Both the position numbers and the translations under genes were made by a program. Under the pieces are notes generated by a model, which was not told where the DNA came from, searched no databases, and saw only the letters and a program-made list of their open reading frames with translations. This document shows positions 63,827 to 64,000 of a DNA stretch of 64,000 bases, piece after piece (position 1 is the stretch's first letter; each line of letters starts with the position of its first letter). This DNA comes from Macrostomum hystrix (lineage: Eukaryota; Animalia; Platyhelminthes). The DNA is taken from contig CATNEN010000038.1 of NCBI GenBank assembly GCA_950097015.1, forward strand, positions 13,826,001 through 13,890,000, given 5' to 3'.

Positions 63827-64000
63827 CTAGGGAATAAACACTGAGCAGCTCTAGCTGTATTATATCAGGTGGGGACACCATAATTAACTATTGTTTCACT
63901 AGCGACTGTCCTGTTTTAAGAGAGAAGTTTTTTATTGAAATAGTTGCTTCTATAATAATATTTTGCCATTATACTAATTGATATTAGCTTAGCATCATTA

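Overview
Eukaryotic (metazoan) genomic DNA with GT-AG introns and dense repeats. Minisatellite-filled introns and the TE mix suggest a free-living flatworm such as Macrostomum (inference only). Six host genes: two GT32 (DxD) glycosyltransferases, an intronless FkbM-family methyltransferase, Xaa-Pro aminopeptidase 1 (XPNPEP1), 3-keto-steroid reductase (HSD17B7-like) and 4-hydroxyphenylpyruvate dioxygenase (HPD). Mobile DNA: an intact, very young, ultra-compact Ty3/Gypsy element (1116-5542), a solo LTR, gypsy fragments, two related RT-RNaseH LINE copies, two IS630/Tc1 elements, a Buster-type hAT nested in a MITE, a MULE remnant and tRNA-derived SINEs. The most notable structure is a nest of tyrosine-recombinase (Crypton/DUF3504-like) elements at 12.8-19.4 kb. 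A head-to-tail dimer of one ~2.15-kb element is inserted at a CATT core inside the recombinase gene of a second ~2.0-kb element bounded by CAATG repeats, which abuts a third related terminus. Each element has a ~100-bp imperfect hairpin a few bases from the crossover core, with strand-specific tandem G.A mismatches. This resembles integron attC-type single-stranded recombination sites (hypothesis).
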